Assembly: GCA_951406725.2 (NCBI GenBank)
Contig: OX597827.1
Span: forward strand, 6,200,001 to 6,264,000
Direction: 5' to 3'
Origin: Octopus vulgaris
Taxonomy: Eukaryota
DNA: 64,000 nt
Every line of letters begins with the position of its first letter. The stretch's first letter is position 1. Positions 1 through 11,419 of this stretch are shown here, one piece after another. The notes under the pieces are model-generated. The model was not told the DNA's origin and searched no databases. It saw nothing but the letters and a program-made list of their open reading frames with translations. Made by a program: the position numbers and the translations under genes.

Positions 1-417
1 AATCAGAAATATTAAAACTAATTTCTAGATGAGTTTGTTTATGCATAGAATTGCTTGCATTTTTCTTCTTATTTTTTCTTTTCTTGTTAGACAAAACTAG
101 ACAGGATTATTGATATTGCATCTAAAGAGACAAGAAATTTCTCTCTTTAGCTGGCACCAGCCAACATAATCAATTACCTATAATCTTGATGTTGCAGAAT
201 TCCATGAAATACCGCTAGGAGATATAGATATCTGGTTTTCAGTGGAAATATTTGACAAACTTTAGTGTAAAGCAGATGCTTATTTTTGTATTATCTTTGT
301 CTATACCCTAATTGATCGATAATGATGTGTGGAAAATATACTGACAGTAATACTGAAAACGCAGTTAGTTGATGATGTGCTAGAAATAGCAGTCAAGTCT
401 TTCTTAAATCACACCCT

Positions 418-840
418 CTTTTACTCTTTTACTCTTTTACTTGTTTCAGTCATTTGACTGCGGCCCTGCTAAAGCACCGCCTTTAGTCGAGCAACTCGAC
501 CCTGGGACTTATTCTTTTTGTAAGCCCAGTACTTATTCTATCAGTCTCTTTTTGCCGAACCGCTAAGTGACGGGGACGTAAACACACCAGCATCGGTTGT
601 CAAGCAATGCTAGGGGAACAAACACAGACACACAAACACACATACATACATATATATATATATATATACATATATACGACAGGCTTCTTTCAGTTTCCGT
701 CTACCAAATCCACTCACAAGGCATTGGTTGGCCCGGGGCTATAGCAGAAGACACTTGCCCAAGATGCCACGTAGTGGGAATGAACCCAGAACCATATGCT
801 TGATTAGCAAGCTACTTACCACACAGCCACTCCTGTGCCT
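418..840 (-). mobile_element. SINE family A (tRNA-like head, CORE-like segment, internal TA/TG microsatellite, GAGTAAAA tail), full length
   Basis: Reverse complement reads GGAGTGGCTGTGTGGTAAGTAGCTTGC...GGTTCATTCCCAC (A/B-box-like), then GCATCTTGGGCAAGTGTCTTC (CORE-like), and ends AAACAAGTAAAAGAGTAAAAGAGTAA. Near-identical copies occur throughout the window. Confidence 0.9.
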
Positions 841-1215
841 ATTCTTAAAAATTATAAAAACAAGAAAAGACAGAATGAATGTAATAGCTTTATATATATA
901 TTTATACAAATGAGATGTCCACAGCTAGAATGCATTTGATCATAAGTCTATTTGATCTGTGCTGACCTGTGGTTAAACAACACCACCATCACCAATAGCA
1001 ACAGCAACAGCAGCCGTTCAAGAATTTGGACCTGGAGATCTCCATTTCCAGCGACTTCGAGGGCCACCTCCCAGTGGTGTCGGGCGTCAACGAAGACCCC
1101 CGACTACAACAAGACGACCAAAGTTTTTTTTTCTTTCTAAGGTCTGGGGTCTCCTGCCCCTAAGCCCTTGACCATCACCTAATCACCCTTACCCATCTTG
1201 TTGCTTAACAACAAC

Positions 1216-1249
<34 letters not shown>

Positions 1250-2037
1250 ACAACAACAACAGCAGCAGCAACAACAAAACATGCTTACTAAACCAACTAG
1301 AAATATTAACCAAATCATCTTTAAGTGACATTCTGCTGTCTTGAATAACTAAAGGATGAATCGCATAATAATGCAATCATAAATATCCCTAAAAAGACAG
1401 GATGGTCAATTCTCAAACTAACATCTTTTGAACCACTCAGTCAAGACAGACCTGAAGTTAAACCACAACACAAGCAACAACACCAATACCAATAACACCA
1501 CCACCAAATACAAAATGAAAACTTTACATATTCAAACTAATTAAAACTTCATTTCTTCATCATTTATGTTTCTCTCCAAATAAGACAGTAAATTATCTGA
1601 GTCATGGATGGGAACATTAGATAGTAATATGTCACAGCATTTACTCTGACACTTTGTACTCTGAGTTCAAATCCTGTCAAGGCTATCATGACCTTTTGTC
1701 CTTTAGGAGTCAATAAAAAAGTACAAAATCAAGATGGTAGATTGGTAGAACTGTAAGAATGATGGGCTGAGTGTATTGTGGTGTTTGTTCCTAATCTTTG
1801 TATTCTGTGTTCAAATCTCATGGCTTACTTGGGTATAAAGTTAGTCCATTAGTTGGTTTAACCCTACTGGCATCCAGGGCTCCACTCTGTTGCAAGCATT
1901 TGTACCATGTCACTCGCTTAAGAGTAACATTGTCCCTCCGACCTTACTCAGAGACTCTATAAAATGCCATGTGCTCAACATTCCCGCTTGGCTAAAAGAT
2001 ATATATGTATATATATATATATAAAAATACCTCATGC

Positions 2038-2316
2038 TCATGGCACGTAAAAAGCACTATCCATTTGTGGCTGTTGCCAGCCTCGCCTGGACCCCGTGCT
2101 GGTGGCATGTAAAAAGCACCATCCGATCGTGGCCGTTTGCCAGTAAAAAGCACCCACTACACTCACGGAGTGGTTGGCATTAGGAAGGGCATCCAGCCAT
2201 AGAAACATTGCCAGATCAGACTGGAGCCTGGTGCAGCCTCCTGGCTTCCCAGACCCCAGTTTAACCGTCCAACCCATGCTAGCATGGAAAGCGAACGCTA
2301 AATGATGATGATGATA
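2038..2316 (+). mobile_element. SINE-like family C, 3' part with (GAT)n tail
   Basis: GTGGCACGTAAAAAGCAC sub-repeats, GGTTGGCATTAGGAAGGGCATCCAGCC, and ACCCATGCTAGCATGGAAAGCGAACGCTAAATGATGATG. Repeated at 12143, 18645, 45363 and 56875. Confidence 0.85.
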
Positions 2317-2660
2317 TATATAATAGAAATATGTTACAAAAAGAAAATAGAAACTACACGTGGTAATTAGGTATGCTGGTACTTGAAAATGCCTCATGGA
2401 GTGATGACCTTGGCCTGCATATTTAGGGGCTGCCCTTTGGCAAGGCATAGCGCCTCTTCAGTCAACCTGCCGGGGACACAGCAAAATTATAGGACTGCTG
2501 CAGAGTGGATTGAGAAGAAATACCAGAAGAGATCAACAGAACCAACAACACTATTTATATTGATGCTGAGTGGAGGAAATTTTTAATCAGAGGAATTTTT
2601 TAATCAGTGAATCTGGACTGATACATATTTATTAACCCCTACTACCCTGCTCTGCACCAC

Positions 2661-2756
2661 ACACACACTAAAATAAAGACAAAATTGACATCAGGTGGAT
2701 TTGAACTCAGGTTCAAATCCACCTGATGTCAATTTTGTCTTTATTTTAGTGTGTGT
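2661..2756. repeat. Perfect inverted repeat (46-bp arms, 4-nt loop TCAG)
   Basis: 2661-2706 is the exact reverse complement of 2711-2756. The core resembles a SINE-B fragment (GGATTTGAACTCAG). Confidence 0.95.
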
Positions 2757-3516
2757 TTGACATGGAGCAGGATGGTCGGAGATTAACAAACATCACTGCA
2801 TATCACCAAAGGTCTCGGTCTCTTGTCATTGCCTCTGTGAGACCCAACATTCGAAGGTTGTGCTATAGAACTTTACCAGTTTATTGTAGATAAATTTTCA
2901 CAGCAAAATCTTAAATGGACTCCACTAAGGGTCACATGAACCCCCAAGGGCCAAATAGATCTCCAAAGGTCTTATGGGCCTTAATTGAGAGCCACTGCCT
3001 TATGGTATTCTTTTTAGCACTTTGTATTCTAAATTAAAATTTCACCTTCTATTACTGACTTCCATGTGGCAAAAGGAGCTTTTGGGACATGGTTAACAGT
3101 GATTGAGGTCCAATAACAGACAGTTTGACACTTCAGTTTCATGTCCAGCAATATATATGATTGCAGACCTTGCATGGAAAGAGGAAAATAACAAAGAAAA
3201 ATTTAAAAAATAATAAATAAAAACTTGAGAAGGGAGTAAGTTGTTGACTTTACACATGTAAAGTTAAATGATTTATGTTGTTGTTGTTGCTTGGTGCTAC
3301 AAAAATTCTGGTCATGTAGAACTATAATCAAAATGCTCCAACCAGGATTATTATGTAGTTGAGGACCACCTGGTCTAGGGTTCAGTCCAACTGGGAGGTA
3401 CCTTGGGAATGGTCTTCTACAATAGCCCCAGCCAACCAGAGTTTTGCGAGGGAATTAAGCCACCAGAAACTATACAAAACCATTCATGATCTCTTGAGCA
3501 CCACCAGCAAAAAAAT

Positions 3517-3690
3517 GTTTTTCCTCTGTCTTCCCTTCTCGGGATCTTTCCTTCTCCTTTGTTTCCAACGAAGAGCTCCACTCGAAATGTTAAATCCTCC
3601 TTCCCTTCTTTCCTGAGCGTCAAATAATACTTTAATTGTTCCACGTCCTCGCGTTGCTGTGTTTTTTTCTGTGTTTTCTTGTTTGGATTA

Positions 3691-3694
<4 letters not shown>
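3517..3694 (+). mobile_element. Penelope-like pseudo-LTR family P1, degenerate hammerhead motif
   Basis: Homologous to 4372-4573 and 42835-43033. Motif CCAACGAAGAGCTCCACTCGAAATGTTAAA. Followed by (TA)n. Confidence 0.65.
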
Positions 3695-3722
<28 letters not shown>

Positions 3723-3955
3723 CTTTATTTCAAAGCAGCAGAAAATTCAACAAAACCTGTTACTCTGAGTTTCACGTTCCTGTTCGTCGGACAGTTTTTG
3801 CTAGAAAAAAAACTGTCCGAAGAACGGGAACTTGAAACTCAGAGTAACAGGTTTTGTTGAATTTTCTGCTGCTTTGAAATAAAGCATATTACTCTACCCC
3901 TGGTATTTGAGTACTCTTTTTTCCACCTTGTTTCACATTTATGTGTTTACTCCGG
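3723..3955. mobile_element. Fold-back element P2 (Penelope-like inverted pseudo-LTR) with a hammerhead motif in each arm
   Basis: 3723-3799 and 3808-3884 are inverted repeats with about 3 mismatches. The right arm continues unpaired to about 3955. Flanked by (TA)n on both sides. Confidence 0.75.
3813..3850 (+). ncRNA. Minimal type-I hammerhead ribozyme-like motif (CCGA core variant)
   Basis: CTGT-CCGAAGA-ACGGGAACTT-GAA-ACTC-A-GAGT-A-ACAG: stem I CUGU/ACAG, stem III ACUC/GAGU, cleavage triplet GUA. Mirror copy at 3757-3794 (minus) has core CCGACGA and stem II region ACAGGAACGT. Confidence 0.65.
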
Positions 3956-3977
3956 TATATATATATATATATAAAGG

Positions 3978-4297
3978 ATCACTCCATGAGTTATGACAAT
4001 GCAGGTCCCAGCTGATACAATCAATAGATGCTCGTGAAATTAACGTGCAAGTGGCTGAGCACTCCACAGACACATGTACCCTTAACGTAGTTCTCAGGGA
4101 GATTCAGCGTGACACAGAGTATAATGACAAAGTCGGCCCTTTGAAATACAGGTCCAACTCATTTTTGCCAGCTGAGTGGACTGGAGCAACATGAAATAAA
4201 GTGTCTTTCTCAAGGACACAATGCATCACTGGGAATTGAACTCATGACCTTACAATCATGAGCCAATGCCCAAACCACTAAGCCACGCACCTTCACG
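3978..4297 (-). mobile_element. SINE family D (tRNA-derived head)
   Basis: Reverse complement matches 31434-31761 (GCGTGGCTTAGTGGTT...GTGTCCTTGAGAAAGACACTTTATTTCA...CCAGTCCACTCAGCTGGCAAAAATGAGT). Confidence 0.85.
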
Positions 4298-4371
4298 ATA
4301 TATATACATATAGATACAGATATAGATATATGCATGTGTGCGTGTGTGTATTTTGGCTTGTATGTATGTAT

Positions 4372-4573
4372 ACCGTGTGTACTGTTGGCGATTTTTTTTC
4401 CTCTGTCTTCCCTTCTCTGGATCTTTTCTTCTCCTATGTTTCTGACGAAGAGCTCCGCTCGAAACGTTAAACCCTCCTTCTTTCCTTCTTTCCTGAGCTT
4501 CCAATAATACTATATTTGTTCCATGTCCTCGCGTTGTTGTGTTTTTTTGTGCTTTCTTGTTTGGATTAACTTT
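4372..4573 (+). mobile_element. Penelope-like pseudo-LTR family P1
   Basis: About 200-bp element lying in TA/TG microsatellite, with 3 copies in the window. Contains CTGACGAAGAGCTCCGCTCGAAACGTTAAAC. Confidence 0.7.
4438..4472 (+). ncRNA. Minimal type-I hammerhead ribozyme-like motif
   Basis: GTTT-CTGACGA-A-GAGC(TCC)GCTC-GAA-ACGT-T-AAAC: stem I GUUU/AAAC, canonical CUGANGA core plus an extra A, stem II GAGC/GCUC, palindromic loopless stem III ACGU, cleavage triplet GUU. Confidence 0.7.
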
Positions 4574-5869
4574 ATATACATATATGCATGTATGCACATA
4601 TGCACATATATATATGTTCTCTTTGTTTACAGTCTGCACTGAGCTAAGTGATAGACAGTGTTGTTTGTTGACATTTCTCAAACAGCAAGTAGCCCAGCAG
4701 CTCTGCACTTTCAAAGATATGCGGAATAAAAATTTCATTACTCGATAAAAAGTAAGAGTTAGCAACATGAAAGACAGCCAGACATAAAACAATGTCTCAA
4801 TAATATGTATTCATCTAACCCATGCTAACATGAAAAAATGAATGTAAAATGAATGAAAGAATTATTGTACAAATTGTCACGTTTTTTCTTTTAAGATGGT
4901 AATGTATAGTTTGAAGAAAATTTAGCTGCTTTTTCTAGCATGATGAGTATTTATTGATCCAAGAATGTTTTTGTAATCTACTTTTACATTCTCCAACTTA
5001 ATACATTTGGTGACAATGCTGATTTTTTTACCACTTCAAAAATATAAAGACATATATATATAAGAGAGAAGCGTCTAATAATTTGCTCTACCTGCTAGAA
5101 AGAGCAGCCACATTCCCCAGAATTTGTATTTGAATATCTTAAACAGGAAGGACACATTACATAGTGTAATACTAGATAGATATATCATGTCTGAAAATAA
5201 GGAGATATGGGCATGGGAGGAAAGGTATTGATTATATATGAGCTTAAGCAGAGTAGAGCTGATGCTAAACAATAATAACAAATGGATTTGTCAAAGAAAT
5301 CAATATTTCAAATGAGTTACTTGTGAAATAAAAATATTATTTCAAGTGCCATTTATTTCAAATTTATTAGAAAAAAAAAATGTAAAACCCACAACATTTC
5401 AAATATTTTATTTTGTCAAAAAATATGTTTCATCCTTTAAATACAGCTGGTTATTTGATTGACTGGCCAATTGATAATTCATCAAATACAAGCAATACAT
5501 GTGTTTAATATTAGCTGTTTGTTGTATAGTTGGCATGGCATCCACTCAGGAACTAAATGTGTAATTGATACTGGATTATTGAGAATTGAAGAGGAGGAGA
5601 AATAGTGGAGTGTTTTATGGTATTTTATGAAAGTCTTTATGTCCTAAATTTTAATCCTAGTCTGGTTGATTTAACTGATTGGCTCTCTAGGGTTGTTAAA
5701 ATATATATTAGTATATATTCATCTATCAGTGTGACAGACAGTGCTCTGAGCTGACAATAGTGTTTTTACCCTTTTTTGTCTTAAGTAAGAATTCTTCTCC
5801 TCAACAAACTGCAGTGTAAAGCTTTTACAGGTTCAAATCTTTCTCAGATATATTTGAATTGATCAGAAG

Positions 5870-6165
5870 ATTGTATTCAATCTGTCATTGCTTCATGTAC
5901 CTCCTCACATATATGTTCACTGACACTTTCGACCGATCTGTCCAGGTTAGGCGTCCCCACACTCACACACTATCAATGGTGTTGCTGCTCCTGCTGCCTC
6001 ATGCACAGTTGAATGCACCCATCCATGTCTAAGAATTGGGTTCATTACAGGTACGACCTGGTTTCTCTGTCATGCTAGTGTAGATCAAATTGGGAAGCTG
6101 GGGGGAGGACTTCAAATTATGACACTCCACTATGGCACTGCATGTGGCAGTATGCCATTCACATC
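5870..6165 (-). mobile_element. Possible degraded 5' fragment of an RTE-type LINE
   Basis: GC-richer tract. The minus strand gives VGTPNLD..., weakly like the APE N-terminal motif VGTLNV. Heavily decayed. Confidence 0.3.
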
Positions 6166-6171
6166 CAGTTT

Positions 6172-6585
6172 TAGGTGTAGGAGTGGCTGTGTGGTAAGTA
6201 GCTTGCTTACCAACCACATGGTTCCGGGTTCAGTCCCACTGCGTGGCAGCTTGGACAAGTGTCTCCTACTATAGCCTCGGGCCGACCAATGCCTTGTGAG
6301 TGGATTAGGTAGATGGAAACTGAAAGAAGCCTGTCGTATATATGTATATGTATGTGTATGTGTATGTTTGTGTGTCTGTGTTTGTGCCCCCAACATCACT
6401 TGACAATCGATGCTGGCGTGTTTACGTCCCCATAACTTAGCAGTTTGGCAAAAAGAAACCAATAGAATAAGTACTAGGCTTACAAAGAATAAGTCCTGGG
6501 TTTCGATTTGCTTGACTAAAGGTGGTGCTCCAGCATGGCCACAGTCAAATGACTAAAACAAGTAAAAGAGTAAAAGAGTAAAGAG
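6172..6585 (+). mobile_element. SINE family A, full length
   Basis: GGAGTGGCTGTGTGGTAAGTAGC...GGGTTCAGTCCCACTGCG...AAACAAGTAAAAGAGTAAAAGAGTAAAGAG. Confidence 0.9.
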
Positions 6586-6679
6586 AATCGCAGAATATGC
6601 AGGAATTCTGTTGCCTCTCATCCACTATCGAAAACATTGAGAGAATATAGCAGGAATGAGTAAGGATGTATAAAGTATA

Positions 6680-7560
6680 CACACAGAAATCGGATTTTGC
6701 ATGCAGCATTGCTAACCTTAATCAAATTTCTACTAAGGATTATTTGGTGTTGATAGTTTGTTGGTAAATTAATGTTGATTAGATTTCGAAACTTGTTTGC
6801 TATATTAGTTCTCGTGCTCACACTATACACAAATATTGTTATAATTTTTAAAATAGGCATAGAAATTTCGTGTATGGAAAAATTTCATGTATGAGGAGCA
6901 AAATTTAAAATGCATGGTGGTGACAGTGTCAATAAAATATAAAATTAGAACTGTGTATAGTATGCAAGGGTGATAATAAAGAGTTAAACATGGAAAATCA
7001 GAAAGGAAACAGATAACAACAAATATTTCTGCGATATCCAACAAATTTTCAGCAATTTCTAGAAGCTTATGGTATTATTTGTTTGGCATTTTATAATGAT
7101 AATAAACAGTTAGAGGTGTGTTAACAAGTTGATGACAGTTTAAATCTTAAATTCAGAGCTCGGAATTTTGGAACAAGATAAGTAATTTCTCAGTTATACA
7201 TAACAAGCAACCCAATTGCAACTGAAAATTTTTGTTTACAATGAATTAAATTGAACAAAATGCTAGCCTTATGGTTAAAACTTATATTTTTATAGAATAA
7301 TTTGTATAAAGTTTGGGTAAAAGTTGTATTTGTTTGTTTCTTAATTCAAAGTAATATCTGAAAAATTAATAATAGTAAGACTAGTATCTACTGTTAGAAC
7401 TACTAGATCTTTCCTAAATCTATCAAGCTTAAATCAAATTAGATTTTGTGAGACTTTTAGTCCATCGTCTCTATAAATTCCTCCTCTTTTTGCCAGTAAT
7501 CTTTTATTAACCAAAGGGATAGAGAGAACACCCTGACGTTTCCCACAATTCAATTCCATA
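6680..7560 (-). pseudogene. Penelope-like element reverse transcriptase remnant (C-terminal RT/thumb)
   Basis: Minus-strand translation gives GGIYRDDGLKV (about 7450-7490), DRFRKDL...TSLTIINFSDITLN, and STRTNIANKFRNLININLP...ILSRNLIKVSNAAC. These match the PLE motifs YRDDGL, NFLDVTLNL and TNIGKxFLxLI..FNRN.KVSYSC. Many stops and frameshifts. Confidence 0.75.
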
Positions 7561-7564
7561 ACTT

Positions 7565-7755
7565 GCTAAACAGTATTGTAAATTTACTCTTTTTGATATT
7601 GCTTATTTTTATTCTTCTTTCACTAAAACTTTTCTTGAAATATTGGCTTTTGCGAATATGATCATATGGATTAGCAAATCATAAACTAGTATAATTATGT
7701 TTGTAAGAAAACACTTGGACTCTTTTGATAATCCCACTGGGGTAAAAATTAGAAC
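7565..7755 (+). pseudogene. Penelope-like RT fragment in inverted orientation
   Basis: Plus frame KQYCKFTLFDIAYFYSSFTKTFLEILAFA...IIMFVRKHL resembles the PLE RT motif FDIxxFYPSI...IIMHxRKSLL. Confidence 0.65.
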
Positions 7756-8819
7756 ATGTGATTCATTCATTGAGGTCAAATGATTGGATTCAATTGCATA
7801 AAATGAAAGGAATTTTTATCCAAGATCTTTTTGCATTAAAGATTTTCTTCAATACATGGAGGGGTCTGGAAAGAAATGATGAACTAACTGGGAAATATGA
7901 GAGGAAAAGAACTAAATATGAATTGGAAAGATCTAATAATGTTATTTGTTTAAGCATATTTATTACAATAGATAACAATCTTATTTATAGTTAAATATTT
8001 CAGACATTACTTTGATTTTAAAGACAAAATCAGCTTTTAAAAAACCTGCAAGAATTTATACCATATAAATAAAAGTTCCAACAACCCAAAATAATTTTAT
8101 GTAACTTTGTTTCCTTACATGAGCAAGTGCATATCAACCTTATTTTCAGATAAAATCACATTACTGCTATGCAATTCTTTAGAACTTTAGGTTCTCGGAG
8201 AAAATAAAATAGCAGCATTCATCTGATATTCCAATGTGTAAAGCTAGGAAATGGAAAATTATGCACTACAGCCCCTGTATATAATGTAACTGTGAGAACA
8301 AAGGAGGTAGAAGAATGCCTTAATTTAATCTCTCTTCACTTCTCAGTGAACTTCAGATACCAGAAAATCCTTAACAGAAACTTGGAGCAAGTTAGATTTG
8401 TTGTTAACTTTAAAACTTAGCAAGTTCAATGAGAGATTGTAATTCTAAATGACATTTTAATATAATTATGAAAGGCACTGGCAAATGTGGCTTCATCCAA
8501 ACATAAGTCTGATATGCACTTGCTGATGTTTTAAAATAAATTACATAAGACTACACATGTATGTGTGTGTGTGTCTCTCTCACCCCACCCCACTCTCTCT
8601 CTCTCTCCCTCCGTCTCGATCTCCTCCTCTCTATCTGTCTATCATTCTCACTCATTTTCACTCCCCTCTCTCTCGTGTATATATGTGAGTGTGTGTGTGT
8701 GTGTGTGTGCATGTGTGTGTACATGTGTCTGTATGCCATTGCATTTATATATGTGTATATATATATCTGTATATGTAAGTGATACATTTACACCTTCATA
8801 TATAACAAATGTATATATG

Positions 8820-8861
8820 TTTCTTTATTACCCACAAGGGGCTAAACATAGAGGGGACAAA
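8820..8861 (-). mobile_element. Isolated 3' tail of SINE B (L1/Tx1-like tail), extreme 5' truncation
   Basis: Reverse complement TTTGTCCCCTCTATGTTTAGCCCCTTGTGGGTAATAAAGAA is essentially the same as 22570-22612. Confidence 0.8.
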
Positions 8862-9046
8862 TGTATATAAACTTTGGATCTATGCTTATTGTATATGTAT
8901 GTCTACAAGAGTTGTTTTTGCAAAATGAATACCTGATGTAGTGGCTTTCTACAATATATTCTGTAAGATATACAGAATGCTACTCTGAACTAATACCTCT
9001 TCCATCACTTATAACAAAGTACATGTATGTGTGATATATATATGAC

Positions 9047-9078
<32 letters not shown>

Positions 9079-9081
<3 letters not shown>

Positions 9082-9300
9082 TAAAAACGGTAAGATAATA
9101 AAAGAAAGAAAGAGACCTCAATATTATGTAAATAGAGGAAATTTATCTGTAAATTAATATGTTACCATTATACAATAGTCAAGATAAAACTCTGAGTTTC
9201 AGATGCCGAAGTGGAAAACCACAACACCATCTCTTCGGTTATCTGGCCATGTGAAAAACGCTATGAAAAAATACTATTATATAAAGGGAAATTACTGTGT
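9079..9300 (-). mobile_element. Penelope-like pseudo-LTR family P4, adjacent to (TA)n
   Basis: Contains the hammerhead fold at 9182-9244. A related terminal fragment lies at about 11348-11420 (GAGACCTCGATATAAAGTAAATAGAGGAATTTATCT). Confidence 0.65.
9182..9244 (-). ncRNA. Type-I hammerhead ribozyme-like motif (CCGA core, long stem II)
   Basis: Minus strand AGATAA-CCGAAGA-GATG(GTGTTGTGGTTTTCCACTTCGG)CATC-T-GAA-ACTC-A-GAGT-T-TTATCT: 6-bp stem I AGAUAA/UUAUCU, stem II GAUG/CAUC capped by GUGG-UUUU-CCAC, stem III ACUC/GAGU. Confidence 0.7.
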
Positions 9301-10547
9301 TATAATTCCGCTACTTATATAAATTAAGATCAAATGTTCATAGTAAACACGTAAACATGGCTACTCATATGTTCTCATGTGCGCTCGCGGACCCACGTGC
9401 GTACTAATACATCACTATGAAAATGTACACATCTTCACTCGCATTTTTCGCCAAATGTATACGCATATATATACAAACTCATACACACACAAGCATACCG
9501 TAAAAGTTCATACATACGTCTATATACACAAATATATATATACTCATTACTGATTTACTCATTTACTTGTTTTAGTCCATTCATGAAATAATTTGCAATC
9601 AAAAATGGGAAATGTTTAGTAAAATATTATGTTATATGGTGAGTTATATAATATAAAGTTTATTTTTTTTAGTATTTTTAGGGTGGTTGTACCCTTCATT
9701 TAGTTATGTTTTAGAACCACATTTTTGTATACAACAGTTGTAATGATTGTGGATTTGTTGAAGAAAAACGCATTTATCCTTTTACTGATGCTTATAGAAA
9801 TGTGAACGAGGATGTCTGAGCCACTGGAACATGCCTGGATGTGCAATGGAGGGCTATCTTTAGTTCATTTCTTTTGAAGAGCTTACAGAATTTTGACATC
9901 AGTTTGAGTGCAGAATTCAAGGCCAGCAATTTTGAGATGAGTGGGTGAGTCAATTACATCAATCCCAATACTTGACTTGTACTTTACTATACCAACCTTG
10001 GAGGGATGAAAGGCAAAGTTGACCCAGCTGGATTTGAACTCAGAATGGAAAAGTCCAGAAGACATTTTGTTATGCATTTTGTTCAACATGCAAGCAATTC
10101 TACCACCTATCATATTCTATGCACCCAACCAATTCCATTTTCAATTTATACAGGGTGTAAATTTGCAAAACGAAAGTATTTGGATCTATTAGCATGCAAA
10201 AGCTGAATATGTGCTGTGTATCTACAGTTATAATGTGTACATGTCACATTGTCAGGATTTTTTTGGCAGTTTCTGTCACAACAAAAGGTTCTTCTGAAGG
10301 TCAAAGCAAACCCATAGAAAATGTATATGAAGTAAGGATAAATACGGTGGTTGCACTACTCTAATAGGTCAGTTTGAAGATCATTGAACTAGGAACTGTT
10401 GTGATAGGATCAACCTTAGCCATATAGTTCTCCCCTCGCTTATCTTTTGTTGTTTATGCAGTGCTTTTAAACACAACATCTGAAAACACAAAGACACATA
10501 TACTTGCACATATGTACACTGTGTGTCTCTCTCTCCAGTCATTCAAT

Positions 10548-10742
10548 ATGTTAGAAATAGCAGCAAAATACCCATTAAACCACACCTTATTTTCTTTAAA
10601 AAAAGGGGAAGAATATACTGAATAATGTAATTATGCTTATATTGAATAAAAAGTAAACAAGGATAGTCATGGCTCAAATGTTTTGATTATCAGTGTGTTT
10701 CACTGGAGTTGACCCAAGGGTTCGCCAACAATAACTACAACA
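10548..10742 (+). repeat. Old interspersed repeat family E (TAGAAATAGCAGCCAAAT... to GGGCTAAACAACAAC tail)
   Basis: Diverged copies at about 380-420, 865-985, 4895-4945 (minus), 5090-5200, 58845-58995 and 59125-59345. Confidence 0.6.
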
Positions 10743-11304
10743 CTAAAACATGTGTGTATACAAATGTATGTCTGTAAATATGTGAAAATAAATGTATTTG
10801 GACAAAGATATGAATATCCAAGAGCAGGAATATCCAGAGATGTTTGCATCTGCAAAAAATAACTTGTTCGTAAACAAATGGAGATAATTTCGTTTATTTG
10901 TATCCGAATACACATACAATCTAAATTCGTGACTTTACATTTAAGCACAGACTGTACGCTTAGATGCACATAGTTACAAACACAGACTCACAGACATACT
11001 TGCACACTGGCAAACACATGTTATATCATCAACCTCAGCATCTTCATCACCATTATCTTCATTGTCATTGCCATCATCATCATCATTCTACACCCGCATT
11101 TTATGCTGCAATCAGCTGGGTGCATCTTCAGAGTCTCAGAACTGTAGTAGAAGACTCTTGCTCCGGGTATTTTGCAGTGCAGTGGAACTTAACCTAAGAC
11201 CACATAGCTGTGAAGCATGCTTCTCAATTATGCACCTATACTTATGTGTGTGTACATATATATGTATATATATATATACACCTACATATATATCTACATT
11301 TATA

Positions 11305-11348
<44 letters not shown>

Positions 11349-11419
11349 TAATAACAAAAGAATGAATGAGACCTCGATATAAAGTAAATAGAGGAATTTA
11401 TCTATAAATATAATATGTG

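Noticed and set aside
91-150. Plus-strand acceptor followed by TKLDRIIDIASKETRNFSL*
   Set aside because: Too short, no upstream context inside the window, and unrecognised.
597-913. Recurrent ORFs such as 'YDRLLSVSVYQIHSQG...EDTCPRCH' that look like a gene family
   Set aside because: They are translations of SINE A copies.
1016-1140. GC-rich stretch reading FKNLDLEISISSDFEGHLPVVSGVNEDPRL
   Set aside because: No splice signals or recognisable domain. Probably a retroelement ORF1 scrap.
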